This document shows, in pieces, positions 1 through 10,200 of a stretch of 64,000 nt of DNA. The DNA is from a virus, in the IMG/VR virus record IMGVR_UViG_3300010403_000002, positions 12,216 through 76,215 of that record, one strand, 5' to 3'. The first letter of the stretch is position 1. Every line of letters begins with the position of its first letter. The position numbers were made by a program, and so were the translations under genes. A model generated the notes under the pieces. It ran no database searches and was not told the origin of the DNA. It saw only the letters and a program-made list of their open reading frames with translations.

Positions 1-2
1 GG

Positions 3-1049
3 CCGACCGCCGCACGCACCTACACGATGCCCGATGCGAATCGGACGCTTACCAGCACGGCGGATAATCTCTCAGTATTTGCGGCGACGACCTCCGCGCA
101 GTTGCGGGGCGTGCTGAGTGACGAGGTTGGGAGCGGGGCAGCAGTCTTCGAGAACGCGAATGCGACGTTAGGCAATATTACGGTAAGTGGCTGTACGGGG
201 TGTGGTGGCGGTGGCGCGTCTGACGGCTCTGGCACTGAATTACAACGCACTGATGGCGCGGGCGGGTTTGTGAAGGTAACAGGAAGCAGTGTGAGCGGTG
301 GGGCGGTCACGCTAGCATCGCCGCTAACCATCGCTGACAATGCTGCCGTTATATCACTGAGCCTGACTACTACACACACGGTTGGCAGTTATTTGTCTTT
401 TAATAGCGGCGGGTCGCGTTTGATAGGCAACACCGGAAGCGGTTCCGGTGTTGGCGCAGATAAGTTTAGTATATATGGTGGCAGCCATGTCTTTCTAGTT
501 GATTTTGCAAGTGGTGTAACAGGCATCAACCAGACTGGTGCCTCGGCTCAGTTGCACGTAACTTCAGGTTCAGCGTCTCGCGTTACCGCGATCTTCCAGG
601 CTGCGGCAAGCGATTCAGTAGATAAAATTCAAGTGCAAGAAAGCGATGGCACTGTCAAGTTCGCAGTAGACAAAGACGGCAATGCCCTTATTGGCGCGGC
701 TGGTTCGCCGTCCGCCAACGGCGGGAAGGTGCTAGCCTTCGGCGACAATGGTTCAACTAATCCCACGATGGCATCTAACACTGCGGGCATATTTGCTAAG
801 GACGTGAGCGGCACGGTTGAGGCTTTTGCAGTGGACGAAGCCGGAAACTCAACGCAAATATCTCCTCATCGCCCTGGCACGGATCAATGGTACTTCTACA
901 GTTGTAACTCACGCACTGGCCGCTGTGTTGAGGTGGATATGGAAAAGCTGGTCAGGACTGTAGAGAGTAAGCTAAACGTCAAGCTAATGAAGGAATGGTA
1001 CGAACAGCCCAACTTGTTTCAACCACCTTCAGGGAGCGTGTACAAATGA
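3..1049 (+). CDS. Tail fibre-like protein, 5'-truncated by the window
   Basis: Frame is open from position 3 (PTAARTYTMPDAN...). G/S/T/A-rich beta-repeat composition; C-terminal ISPH...WYFYS...VDMEKLVRTVE domain; lies in the tail/ejection module. Confidence 0.65.
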   Translation, partial: PTAARTYTMPDANRTLTSTADNLSVFAATTSAQLRGVLSDEVGSGAAVFENANATLGNITVSGCTGCGGGGASDGSGTELQRTDGAGGFVKVTGSSVSGGAVTLASPLTIADNAAVISLSLTTTHTVGSYLSFNSGGSRLIGNTGSGSGVGADKFSIYGGSHVFLVDFASGVTGINQTGASAQLHVTSGSASRVTAIFQAAASDSVDKIQVQESDGTVKFAVDKDGNALIGAAGSPSANGGKVLAFGDNGSTNPTMASNTAGIFAKDVSGTVEAFAVDEAGNSTQISPHRPGTDQWYFYSCNSRTGRCVEVDMEKLVRTVESKLNVKLMKEWYEQPNLFQPPSGSVYK

Positions 1050-1432
1050 AAAAGAATCTAGTTATTGTACTGTTACTCTGTTTCAGCCTAAATCCGTGGG
1101 CGTCTCGCGCGGGTGACATTGGCGGTGCGCGCGTAGTAACGCCCACGCCCGGTTCTACCGTCACTATCACAATTAGCACCGACGCCAGGCACACAATCGC
1201 AACCTGGACGGCTGCGGAGGCCGAGACCGTCAACGTCTCAGGTACGCCGCTGGATGGCGCAACAATGACCTGGATCATCGTAAACGATGCCACATTGGGG
1301 CGTGTTATCACGTTAGGCACTGGCACACTCGGCATTGGTATCGTCACTGGCATTATCAGCAAGAAATCAACCATCGCCTTCGTCGCTTATGGTGGAACGT
1401 TCCATGAGACTGGACGGGCGGTTGGCCTGTAG
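1046..1432 (+). CDS. Small tail-associated protein with signal-peptide-like N-terminus
   Basis: ATG overlaps the upstream stop (ATGA). MKKNLVIVLLLCFSLNPWASRA, then a T/G/V-rich beta domain. Confidence 0.55.
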   Translation: MKKNLVIVLLLCFSLNPWASRAGDIGGARVVTPTPGSTVTITISTDARHTIATWTAAEAETVNVSGTPLDGATMTWIIVNDATLGRVITLGTGTLGIGIVTGIISKKSTIAFVAYGGTFHETGRAVGL

Positions 1433-1445
1433 TATGGAGGACATA

Positions 1446-1856
1446 ATGTACAAATGGTTCAATGGTAAATGGCAGATGCGTATGCTGGCCTGTGTGATTG
1501 GCCTGGTGGTCGCGTTTAGCGGCGGCGCAATTACAGGGCAGGTTCCCACTAACACAATCCTGACTATCAAGAATGCCAACGGTGCGGTGCTCAGTGGCGT
1601 CACCTATCCTGATGCTTTCCTCATTGCCTTCAAAGACAGTGCATCAAAGACGGAAATGATTGATGCCTTTGCCTCAGCATACGGGTATCAGGCAACTATC
1701 AATGGCTCACCCAATCCGCAAACCAAATTATTATTTGCGGCAGAGAAGCTGAACGGGTACTTACGAGATATTTATAGAGCAGAGCAGATTAGGACGGCTG
1801 CCGCCACTGCCAGCGCGACTGCCGCCGCAACTGCCGATACGAAATTTCCACAATAG
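1446..1856 (+). CDS. Hypothetical tail-module protein with hydrophobic N-terminus
   Basis: RBS TGGAGG at 1435-1440; hydrophobic MLACVIGLVVAFSGGAITG segment. Confidence 0.55.
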   Translation: MYKWFNGKWQMRMLACVIGLVVAFSGGAITGQVPTNTILTIKNANGAVLSGVTYPDAFLIAFKDSASKTEMIDAFASAYGYQATINGSPNPQTKLLFAAEKLNGYLRDIYRAEQIRTAAATASATAAATADTKFPQ

Positions 1857-1859
1857 CTT

Positions 1860-3071
1860 ATGAAACCAGCGATACAAGTTGTTACTCTATGGTTTCTGCT
1901 TGGCGCGCTCGGAATGGCGCAGGTGCCAGAGAACCCTAAGCAGGTTATCGTTTCCGGCTTACCTAGTTCGGCGGCTGGCAAAGACAAGGTGTATCTCGTT
2001 ACCGACGCGAGCAGCACATCGGACTGCACGGTGGGCGGCGGCTCGTTGCGCGTCAAGTGCCTGTCCAACGGCTCGACCTGGCTCAGTCTGACGGCTGATT
2101 ATGTTCCCAAGTCTGTACAGATCAACGGGAATACACTCAACACCGATGTCACGATCACCGACGCGAACCTCTCCACGTCGGATGTGACGACGAACAACGC
2201 CACAGCATCAAAGCACGGCTTCTTGATGAAGCTAAGTGGGTCATCGTCTGATGTGCTCAAAGGTGATGGCACTTGGGGCACGGTAAGCGGCGCGGCACAT
2301 AATCTGCTTTCGTCCACGCACAGCGATACAACCACTGCCTCGGCAACGCGCGGCGATGGGCTGTTCGCGGTGGGCGCAACTCCAACTTGGCAGCGGGTTG
2401 CCAAGCCCTCGGTTACTGGTGGCTATTTCAAGTGGAACGGCACTGATATAGTCGCGTCCACTCTGGCGGCAGCCGGGACAGGTTCTTGCACCAATCAGGT
2501 CGTCACGGCTGAGAATGCCGACGCTGCGCCGACTTGTACAACGCTCACGTCCAGCTATGTCAACACCTCGATTGCCCAAACCGGCGTTGACATAAACACC
2601 TCACATCAGGTCACAGCCACGCACTTATCCGCCGCGCTGCCCATTGCTCAAGGGGGAACAGCGAACACGACCGGCGTGCAGACCTATGTGATGTTCAGCA
2701 CGACAACAGCCCCGGCTTGTAGTAACGGCGGCGGCACTACGACATTCATCGGTATAAGTGGCGCGGGTAACACAACGGAAACGAGTGTGTCTCGCTACGT
2801 AGTACCCCTGGCTGGCACGGTGAAGAATCTTCGGGTGTGGTTGGGTGCTGGGGTTCCATCAAGTGAAAGTGCCGCCGCGAAGGTAGTTTTGAACGGCTCT
2901 GCTCAAGCAAATCCCACTTGTTCAATTGCTGCGGCTGGTACGACTTGCAATGATACGAGTAATACTCTCGCTGTTGTGGCAGGTGACACGCTCAATGTCC
3001 AAATCAATTGCTCTGGTGGCACTAGCGCATTAAACGCACGAGCAGCAATCAGCTTTACGATTCAGCAATAA
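1860..3071 (+). CDS. Tail fibre/receptor-binding-like protein with Sec-type signal peptide
   Basis: 403 aa, T/S/A/G-rich; fibre-type motifs (LKGDGTWG, LPIAQGGT); N-terminus MKPAIQVVTLWFLLGALGMA-Q; several Cys pairs. Confidence 0.65.
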   Translation: MKPAIQVVTLWFLLGALGMAQVPENPKQVIVSGLPSSAAGKDKVYLVTDASSTSDCTVGGGSLRVKCLSNGSTWLSLTADYVPKSVQINGNTLNTDVTITDANLSTSDVTTNNATASKHGFLMKLSGSSSDVLKGDGTWGTVSGAAHNLLSSTHSDTTTASATRGDGLFAVGATPTWQRVAKPSVTGGYFKWNGTDIVASTLAAAGTGSCTNQVVTAENADAAPTCTTLTSSYVNTSIAQTGVDINTSHQVTATHLSAALPIAQGGTANTTGVQTYVMFSTTTAPACSNGGGTTTFIGISGAGNTTETSVSRYVVPLAGTVKNLRVWLGAGVPSSESAAAKVVLNGSAQANPTCSIAAAGTTCNDTSNTLAVVAGDTLNVQINCSGGTSALNARAAISFTIQQ

Positions 3072-3086
3072 GGCAGAGACAACACC

Positions 3087-4262
3087 ATGCCATTTTGGGA
3101 CATATTCCGAAACGCAGGTCGGCGTGTGGGCGACTTGTTCGACGAAGAAGAATTGCTGCGGACGCCTGGCATCAATCCAGACGTGCAGCATCCGCTCCGC
3201 CGTCCGCTCATCAATCGCCCGCAGGCTTCCCCCGTGCTCGACGACGGCTTGCGCGACGATGCACCAATGGCGACACGTCCTCGCTTGGCCGTGCCACCTG
3301 CCGAGCTGGAGACGAGTCCGGCAACGCGACCGCGCACTGTTGCACCGCAAGCTGATTTCAACCCGCAGCCCGCGCTGGGCGCATCGCGCCCGCGCTTCGC
3401 GGACGAGTACGACAACACGCGCCACGAAGCGTTGCTCGGCTTGGACGAGAAGGCGCGACAACCGGGTGGACGGCGCAAACTGGCCTTGCAGAATGCGCTG
3501 CTTGGCGCGCTGAGCGGTATCGCCAATGCGTCGCGCAACCCTCACGCAGGCTGGCGCGAGATGTTGGCCGGGGCTGCGGGCGGAGCGGGAACCGCCGGGA
3601 TCGTGAGCGCTGCGCGTCCCGACCTGGGCGCAAACCTGAATTGGGAAATGGTGGGCCGTCCGCGCTATGAGCAGGAGCGGGAGCGGCGCGACATTGAGAG
3701 CACGCGCGTGCTGAAGCGGCGCAAAGGAGAGGCCGAACTGGCGACGGAGGAGTCACAGCGCCGCAACTATGAAGACCAAATGACAATGCGTGGGCGCGAG
3801 AGTAGCAGGCAGGATGAAGAACTCCGGCTGCGACAGCGGCAGACCGAGCAGCAACTCAAGCTCGAGCAAGCCAGGCTGGAAGCCGTCCAGCGTGGCACTC
3901 CCTCGCGGGTTGACCTCGAAGAAGACGATGGCACGGTGAGCACTTACAACATCTTCCCCGACGGCACACAGGTCTATTTAGGTAAAGCGGCGCGCGATCT
4001 CTACGAGCGCCGACAGGCGACGACCAGCCAGGCCAATACGCAGGCGCGCATCCAGGCAGGCGACCGCCGCACCGATAAGCAGATAGCTGCTGGTGATCGC
4101 CGGGCGCAGAGCCGGGCAACAGCCCCGCGAGCGTCAAGAGCTAAGCCTATAACATACGTCCCGCGCGCAGAGGTTGAGCAGTACGCCAAGGATCGCGGCA
4201 AGACCTTTGAACAAGCCCTGTCCGACTTGATGAATCTGGGCTACAGGCTGGCACCAAAGTAA
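3087..4262 (+). CDS. Putative internal virion/DNA-ejection protein
   Basis: 391 aa; Gly/Ala amphipathic segment followed by R/E/Q-rich coiled coil; directly upstream of the giant ejection protein. Confidence 0.5.
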   Translation: MPFWDIFRNAGRRVGDLFDEEELLRTPGINPDVQHPLRRPLINRPQASPVLDDGLRDDAPMATRPRLAVPPAELETSPATRPRTVAPQADFNPQPALGASRPRFADEYDNTRHEALLGLDEKARQPGGRRKLALQNALLGALSGIANASRNPHAGWREMLAGAAGGAGTAGIVSAARPDLGANLNWEMVGRPRYEQERERRDIESTRVLKRRKGEAELATEESQRRNYEDQMTMRGRESSRQDEELRLRQRQTEQQLKLEQARLEAVQRGTPSRVDLEEDDGTVSTYNIFPDGTQVYLGKAARDLYERRQATTSQANTQARIQAGDRRTDKQIAAGDRRAQSRATAPRASRAKPITYVPRAEVEQYAKDRGKTFEQALSDLMNLGYRLAPK

Positions 4263-4267
4263 CAGTA

Positions 4268-7200
4268 ATGCCACAAGACGCTTTCGCACAATGGCGCGCG
4301 GAGCGGCGCAAGACGGGGAAGCCTGCACCAGCCCCGACTCCTTTGGATGATCTGACGGAGTTTGCGCGTGCGCGTGGCGCAACCGTCACGAGCACCAATC
4401 GTGGCCGCCACAATCCAGGCAGCGCGCATTACGACAACCGGGCGATTGATGTGCGCACACGCGACCGCTCGCCCGCCGAAGTCGAGGCGTTGATGAATGA
4501 CGCTGAGTCTTCGGGTTATGCCGTGCGTGACGAACGGCAACGTCCGTCCGGTCAGCAGGTCTGGGGCGGGCCGCACTTGCACCTTGAAGCGCAGGAGCCG
4601 CCCGACGACTTTGCGCAGTGGCGCGCAGAACGGCAACGCCCGCAACCTCGCAATGAGCCGCAGATAGGCCCGCGCGTCGCACAGCCAGCGACCGCAACCG
4701 ATCCCTTTGAGCGGCAGCAGCCTGTCAGCATCGGTGGCCGCCCGCTCGTCACCCCAACACAGCCAGTCAAGCTACCCGCTGTTAATCTGCGTGAGGCGCG
4801 TCGCCAGGCTCGTGATTTTACCGTTCCGCCCGAGCTGCAATCTCCCACTCCCGAACAATTCCAGAACGAGTTACAAGCTACGCGCATCCAGCGCGAGCAG
4901 GCACGGCAGGCCTATGTCGCACAGCAACAGGCCAAGGTCGCAGGGCAGGGCAGGCTCGCAGAAGCCGGGACACGCTTCGCGCGCAGCGCAGCTAAGTCAA
5001 CCGTCGCCCCGTTGGAGATGATCGCTGCCAGCCAGCCGACGGAGATTGGCGAAGAGGCGGTGAGGCGAGCGTCCGGACTGCCGCAGCTCGATACCGCGCT
5101 TGATGAATACTTGCCGGTTGATCCGAGCAAGCGGATGACGGCCAATCCGCTTGACCCGGACTTCTACTCGGTCACGATCCCGGAGGTCGCGGGCAACGTT
5201 GTCCCGATGATCGCTACCGGTAAAGTGCTGCCAGGCGGGCTAGCCTCGCGACTTGGCGCGACGGCAACCGGGATGATGCAGGCTGGGGGGCAGGGCTACC
5301 GTGAAGCGCGCGAATCCGGGGCAACCCGCGAACAGGCTCAGCGCCACGCCGGAGCCGAAGGCGTGATCGCTACGACAGAGATGCTGGGCGGCCAGGCGGC
5401 GCTCGGCAGTGCAGTGCGTCCCGTGGCGCGCGAGGTCGCTAAGGACATTGCCAAGGACGTAGGCCAAGAGGCTTATCAGCAGTGGCTCTCGAACCTCAAC
5501 GCGGCTGATTACTCGAAGATTGACCCGCAGCGCGGCGAGTTCGAGGACGTGCCAGTCAGCGCGGTGGGTGGCGCACTGGTCAGCGGCGGGATGAACGCTG
5601 CGCACGCTGGCGCGCAACGTTTTGCCGGGAATCGCGCACAGGCCAGAGACACCGCCACCGTGCAGCAAGAACCCCTCGCGCCGCCACAGATGCAGCGCAC
5701 GGGCCAGTTGCGACCCACGCAGGTTGTCCCGCGCGCACAATTGGAGATGGCAGCCAGGCAGGGCACAGCGCCGCAGGCTGCACCACAAGCCGCACCAGGA
5801 GCCGAGGAAAACCCGCTCGAGGCCTTCTTGCGCGAGCGGACGGGGAAGCTGGCTGAAGTAGCGCCAGCCGCTGAAGTAGAGAAGCCCTTGAGTGCGATTG
5901 CGCGCCGCAAGCTCGCGCAGGAGCAAACACTGCGCGAACGTCAGACACAGGCTCAGCAGAGCAATATGGATGCTGCTGATCAGCGCGCGGAGATGCTGCG
6001 GCGCGGTGATCTGGCGGGCGCGGCTGACCTACTGGCCGGGGAACTGGAAGTCATCGGCACGCAGTTGAAGGATGCGCGCAAGCTGGGCGATGTTGAGATG
6101 CAGCGCCGCCTGGTGGTATCGCGGCAAGCTGCTGAGCGCCAATATGACGAATTGCAGGCGCAAATCAAGCAGCAACAGCGCGCTGTACGTCCCGTGGCTC
6201 CGCCCAAGGCTGCCAGGCCACCCAGAGTGCCGCCGAGCGCCGAGAACGAGCCTCCACAGGTACAGCAGCGGGCGAACGCGCCAACGGCTGAAGCGCCGCA
6301 GCAATCGGGCAAACTGCTCCGCTCGGTGGTCAACCCCGAAGGCGGGGTGCCTGTCGTGCAGCGGGCGACGCCGAGTTTTGAGAACCTGGCCGAGCGTGAG
6401 GGTCGTCGCGAGTTCAACAGCGAAGAACTGGAAGGGAATCGTAACCTCTGGCAGTTCGTGAAAAAGCAGGGTGGCGTGCAGCGCAGCGTCGCCAATCGGG
6501 GCGAGTTGAGCTATCTGGTCGGCAGGGAAGGCGGTGCGCCCGGTGTAGTGAGCGATGCCGGGCTGCCAGTGGACGAAATGCGGCGCTACGCGAATGAGGC
6601 AGGCTTTGGGCCTTACGAGACCGAAGACGACTTCTTGCAGGCGCTGCGGAGAGGCCGGAACGAGTTTTCAAACGCGCGCCGTGTGAGCCGCTCGCTGGCT
6701 GACGAAGAAGAGGCTTACTACAGACAGAAGGGAAGCGCGGCGATGGAAGCCCCGGAGTCACCATCGCCGCTGAGTCAATGGGAAGTCCGGCGACAGGCTG
6801 CGGAAGACAAGGCTGTCGACCTGCGCCAGCGCATGATGGATGTCAATGACCAATTAACGCAAGTTGCAGTTGGGCGAGCACGCCTCTCGGACAGCGAGCA
6901 AGAGAGGTTACAACATGACCACATCTACCTAAAGCAGCAATATGCAGAAGCTCAGCAACGATTGCGCGATCTCGAACAGGCAGAGCCAGGCGAGCACTCG
7001 CCCCATATGCAACAAGAGGCTGAGTCCTTAGCGGGTGTAGTGTTTACACCCAGTAAGCCCGCCGAACAAATGACGCGGGCTGAATGGGAAGCGCAGCCTG
7101 CAGACTGGAAGCGCAAGAACGACCATGAACTTGCCATCATCAAAGCCCTGAAGCACGGCCAGTCTGTCCCTGGTGAGGTCTTGGCAGGCTATCCACGCCT

Positions 7201-10200
7201 AAAGGCACGCTATGCCGCCCTGCTACAACCTGCAGAGGTCAAACCACCCACCGCGCCACTCGATTCAGCCTATCGCAAGCTTGGCACTGAAGATGCGCAA
7301 TCAATCAGCGATCTCTACGCCCGCGCCGATGATGTGCACCGTCGCTCATCCACGCCGGAAGAACGTGCGCGCGCACAACAGGCGCGTGAACTGGTTGGTT
7401 CACTGACTGAGGCTGAGCGCCGCGCGGTTGCCGAAGTCTTACCGGAGCGCCGCTTCTCGCCCGTGAAAGAGGCAGACCAGCCGAACTACGGGCGCGCCGT
7501 CCAGGACATTGCGCTTGATGAGGCCAACCCGCAAGAGTTGGCGAACTTCGAGAGCGTGGCGAACTTCTTTGACGAGATGGCAAAGGGTAGCGCCGCCTTG
7601 ACGCAGGATGAGCACGCCGCCGCGCGCCAGCAGTTAGAGCGCGCTGCCGAACTGCACGCCGAAACGATCACGCCGGAGCAGCGCCGCATAGCCACAGGGC
7701 TGAACGTGCTACTGACCTCGACAAAGGGCGATGCGGTGCGCTTCCGTCAGTTGTATGATAAGCTTCACGAAGGAGAGTTGACGCGCAATGAAGCCTACAC
7801 GCTCAAAGACATCGGCAAGCAGTACGGACTCGCAGCCGTCTACCTTGACCACATTATTGCCGAAGGTGGAAGACGACGAGCAGACACAGCGGCGGCATCA
7901 TCGCGCGCTGAGCGACCTGTTGAGCTTCGTCGTGAAGCAACAACGGGCCAGCCAGTCGAACGTCCGGCCAATGCCAGCGCGCAGCCTGCGTCCGGCGAGC
8001 GAGGCCGTAACACCATTGCCCGGCAAGGTGCTGCCAATGCGCCCGAAGTCGTAGGCGAGACCTCGACTACCGAAGCCAACCCAGCTAGTCAGCCCCTACC
8101 ACAAGAGCAGCGCACCGTTGTGCACGACAATCCCACCATTCACGGCAAGCCTATTGTAGCTGAGACTGCCGATGGCCGCGTGATCGTGCCAAATGAGGCC
8201 AATAAATCGGGTGTGTCAGTGGTGAAGGATCAGAGCGGCAATCTACCAGAGCAGGGGGCAGCCTTTGGCGTGCGTCAATCAGGCTTCCCTGATGGTAGCT
8301 GGTACGTGACTGATCAGCACGGCGAAATTGTCAGATTTGGCGTACCGATGGGCGAGCTACCGCGCCGCTTCAAGACCAGTGAGGCTGCATTCAAGGCCGG
8401 GGAAAAGTGGGTTAAACAACAAGATAAAATCCGCGCCGGGCAGAAAGAAGGGCCAGCCTCTCACCCTGACGCCGCCTTTATCGAATCTGTCATCCGCGAG
8501 CAGGGCGGGGAAATGCCCCGCGCCAATCTCATCCGCGAGTCTGGCCTGGTGCGCTCACGCGCGAATCCGGCGCTGGCAGCGCTGAAGGCTGAAGGGCGCG
8601 TAGTGGAAGAGAACGGGAAACTGCGTTTGGTAAAAACGCAGGATATTATCCCATCTGCCCGCCAACCAGGGGCGGAAGGTCAATCCGGTCAACCAGTTCT
8701 CAATAAGCGCAACCCCGAAGCCGGAGCCGTCCGCCTCGGTGGCCCGCCGCGCATTCCGCCCAACTTCGACCTAACCAAGCACGCAACCGACATTGCTGCC
8801 CGGATGAAGCGCGAGCGCCGCAGCAAGGCTGAGATGGCGCAGGCTGTGCAACTACTGCGACACCTTGAGGCTGCGCAGAAGGCCAACGATGCAGCAGCGT
8901 TCCAGGCTGCCCACTCACAACTCCGCACGCACGTCGAAGGCGGACCGGTCAAGCGCGCCGTCGCAACCGGCGGGGAAGTCCTCAACTTCGCGCGAAGTTT
9001 GATGCTCACGGGCGATTTGCCACACATGCGGCAAGGACTCTTTCTGACCGTGCCGCCGCGTTACTGGAAACAGGCAACCACTGATACCGTTGAGGCGCTG
9101 CACAATGTCCGCGACGCGACATTCAAAGCTTTCCGTAAGATGCTCGAAAACGCCCCCGCCGCGAAACTCGGCACAAAATACGATCTCTACCTGGCCAGCA
9201 ACGGAATGGCGGAAGAGAACTTTGCCTCCAAGTGGGCGCACAAGTTCTTCCTCACGCGCAAAGTTGAGCAGGTCTACGCCTCTTACCTTGATCTGCGCCG
9301 TATTGATGCCTTTGAGCGAGCGGCTCGGCGCATTCTGCGCAACACGAAGCTAGGCGCGGAAGAGAAAGAAACGGCGCTGCGTGATGCTGCGCGCGCCATC
9401 AATATCCTGTCCGGTCGTGGGCAAGTTGGCGAGACGGTCGAGAGCGCGATTCCGCTGCTCAACAAGATTCTGCTGGCCCCGCGTTACACGATCAGCCGCT
9501 TGCAGATCCCGACACTGCTCCAACCGCAGAAGCCGGGCTACCGCGACGCTGTGCGTGACTTGGCCGAAACGAGCGCCGTGCTGCTCAGCCTGGGCGGTCT
9601 GGCGGTGGCAGCCGGTGTGGCCAGCACGTCGCTTGATTACGATGACCCGGACTTCCTGAAGCTGCGCGTGGGTAATAAGGTTTACGACCTCTCGGCGGGG
9701 CTAGCGCCGGTCGCCAAGATCGCCGCGCAAGTGTCGGAGTGGGCTTGGTCGCAACGGCCTAGCGAGACGCGGCGCGAGCGGAAGCGGGTTTCAGAAGAGA
9801 CAGTGAGCGACTTAGCGCGCTTTAGCCGCGGGAAGTTGTCGCCTGCGGCTTCGCTTATGGCTGACGCGTTGAGCGATTGGACGAACATGGCAGGGGAGAA
9901 GGTGACGCCCACCAAGGCAGTGCTCGACCGCGTGATCCCGCTCATCTTGCGCGACACAGCGAATGCCTGGCAGGCGGAAGGGCCGGTCGGGGCGGCGGAG
10001 ATCTTCCTGCCGGCGGAGCTAGGCGTGGGCACGGCAGTCTACCCGCAATCGCCCCTGCGGCAATCAGCACTGGCGGGGGATTTGCGCCGCTTTGATCTAC
10101 CACGCGGCAACCTCTATCAGAAGGCAGGCGAGCCGAAAGAAACCTTCAAGGAACGCCAGCAAGCCTATGGCGAGATGTCGCGCGAGTTCGCACGGAAGCT

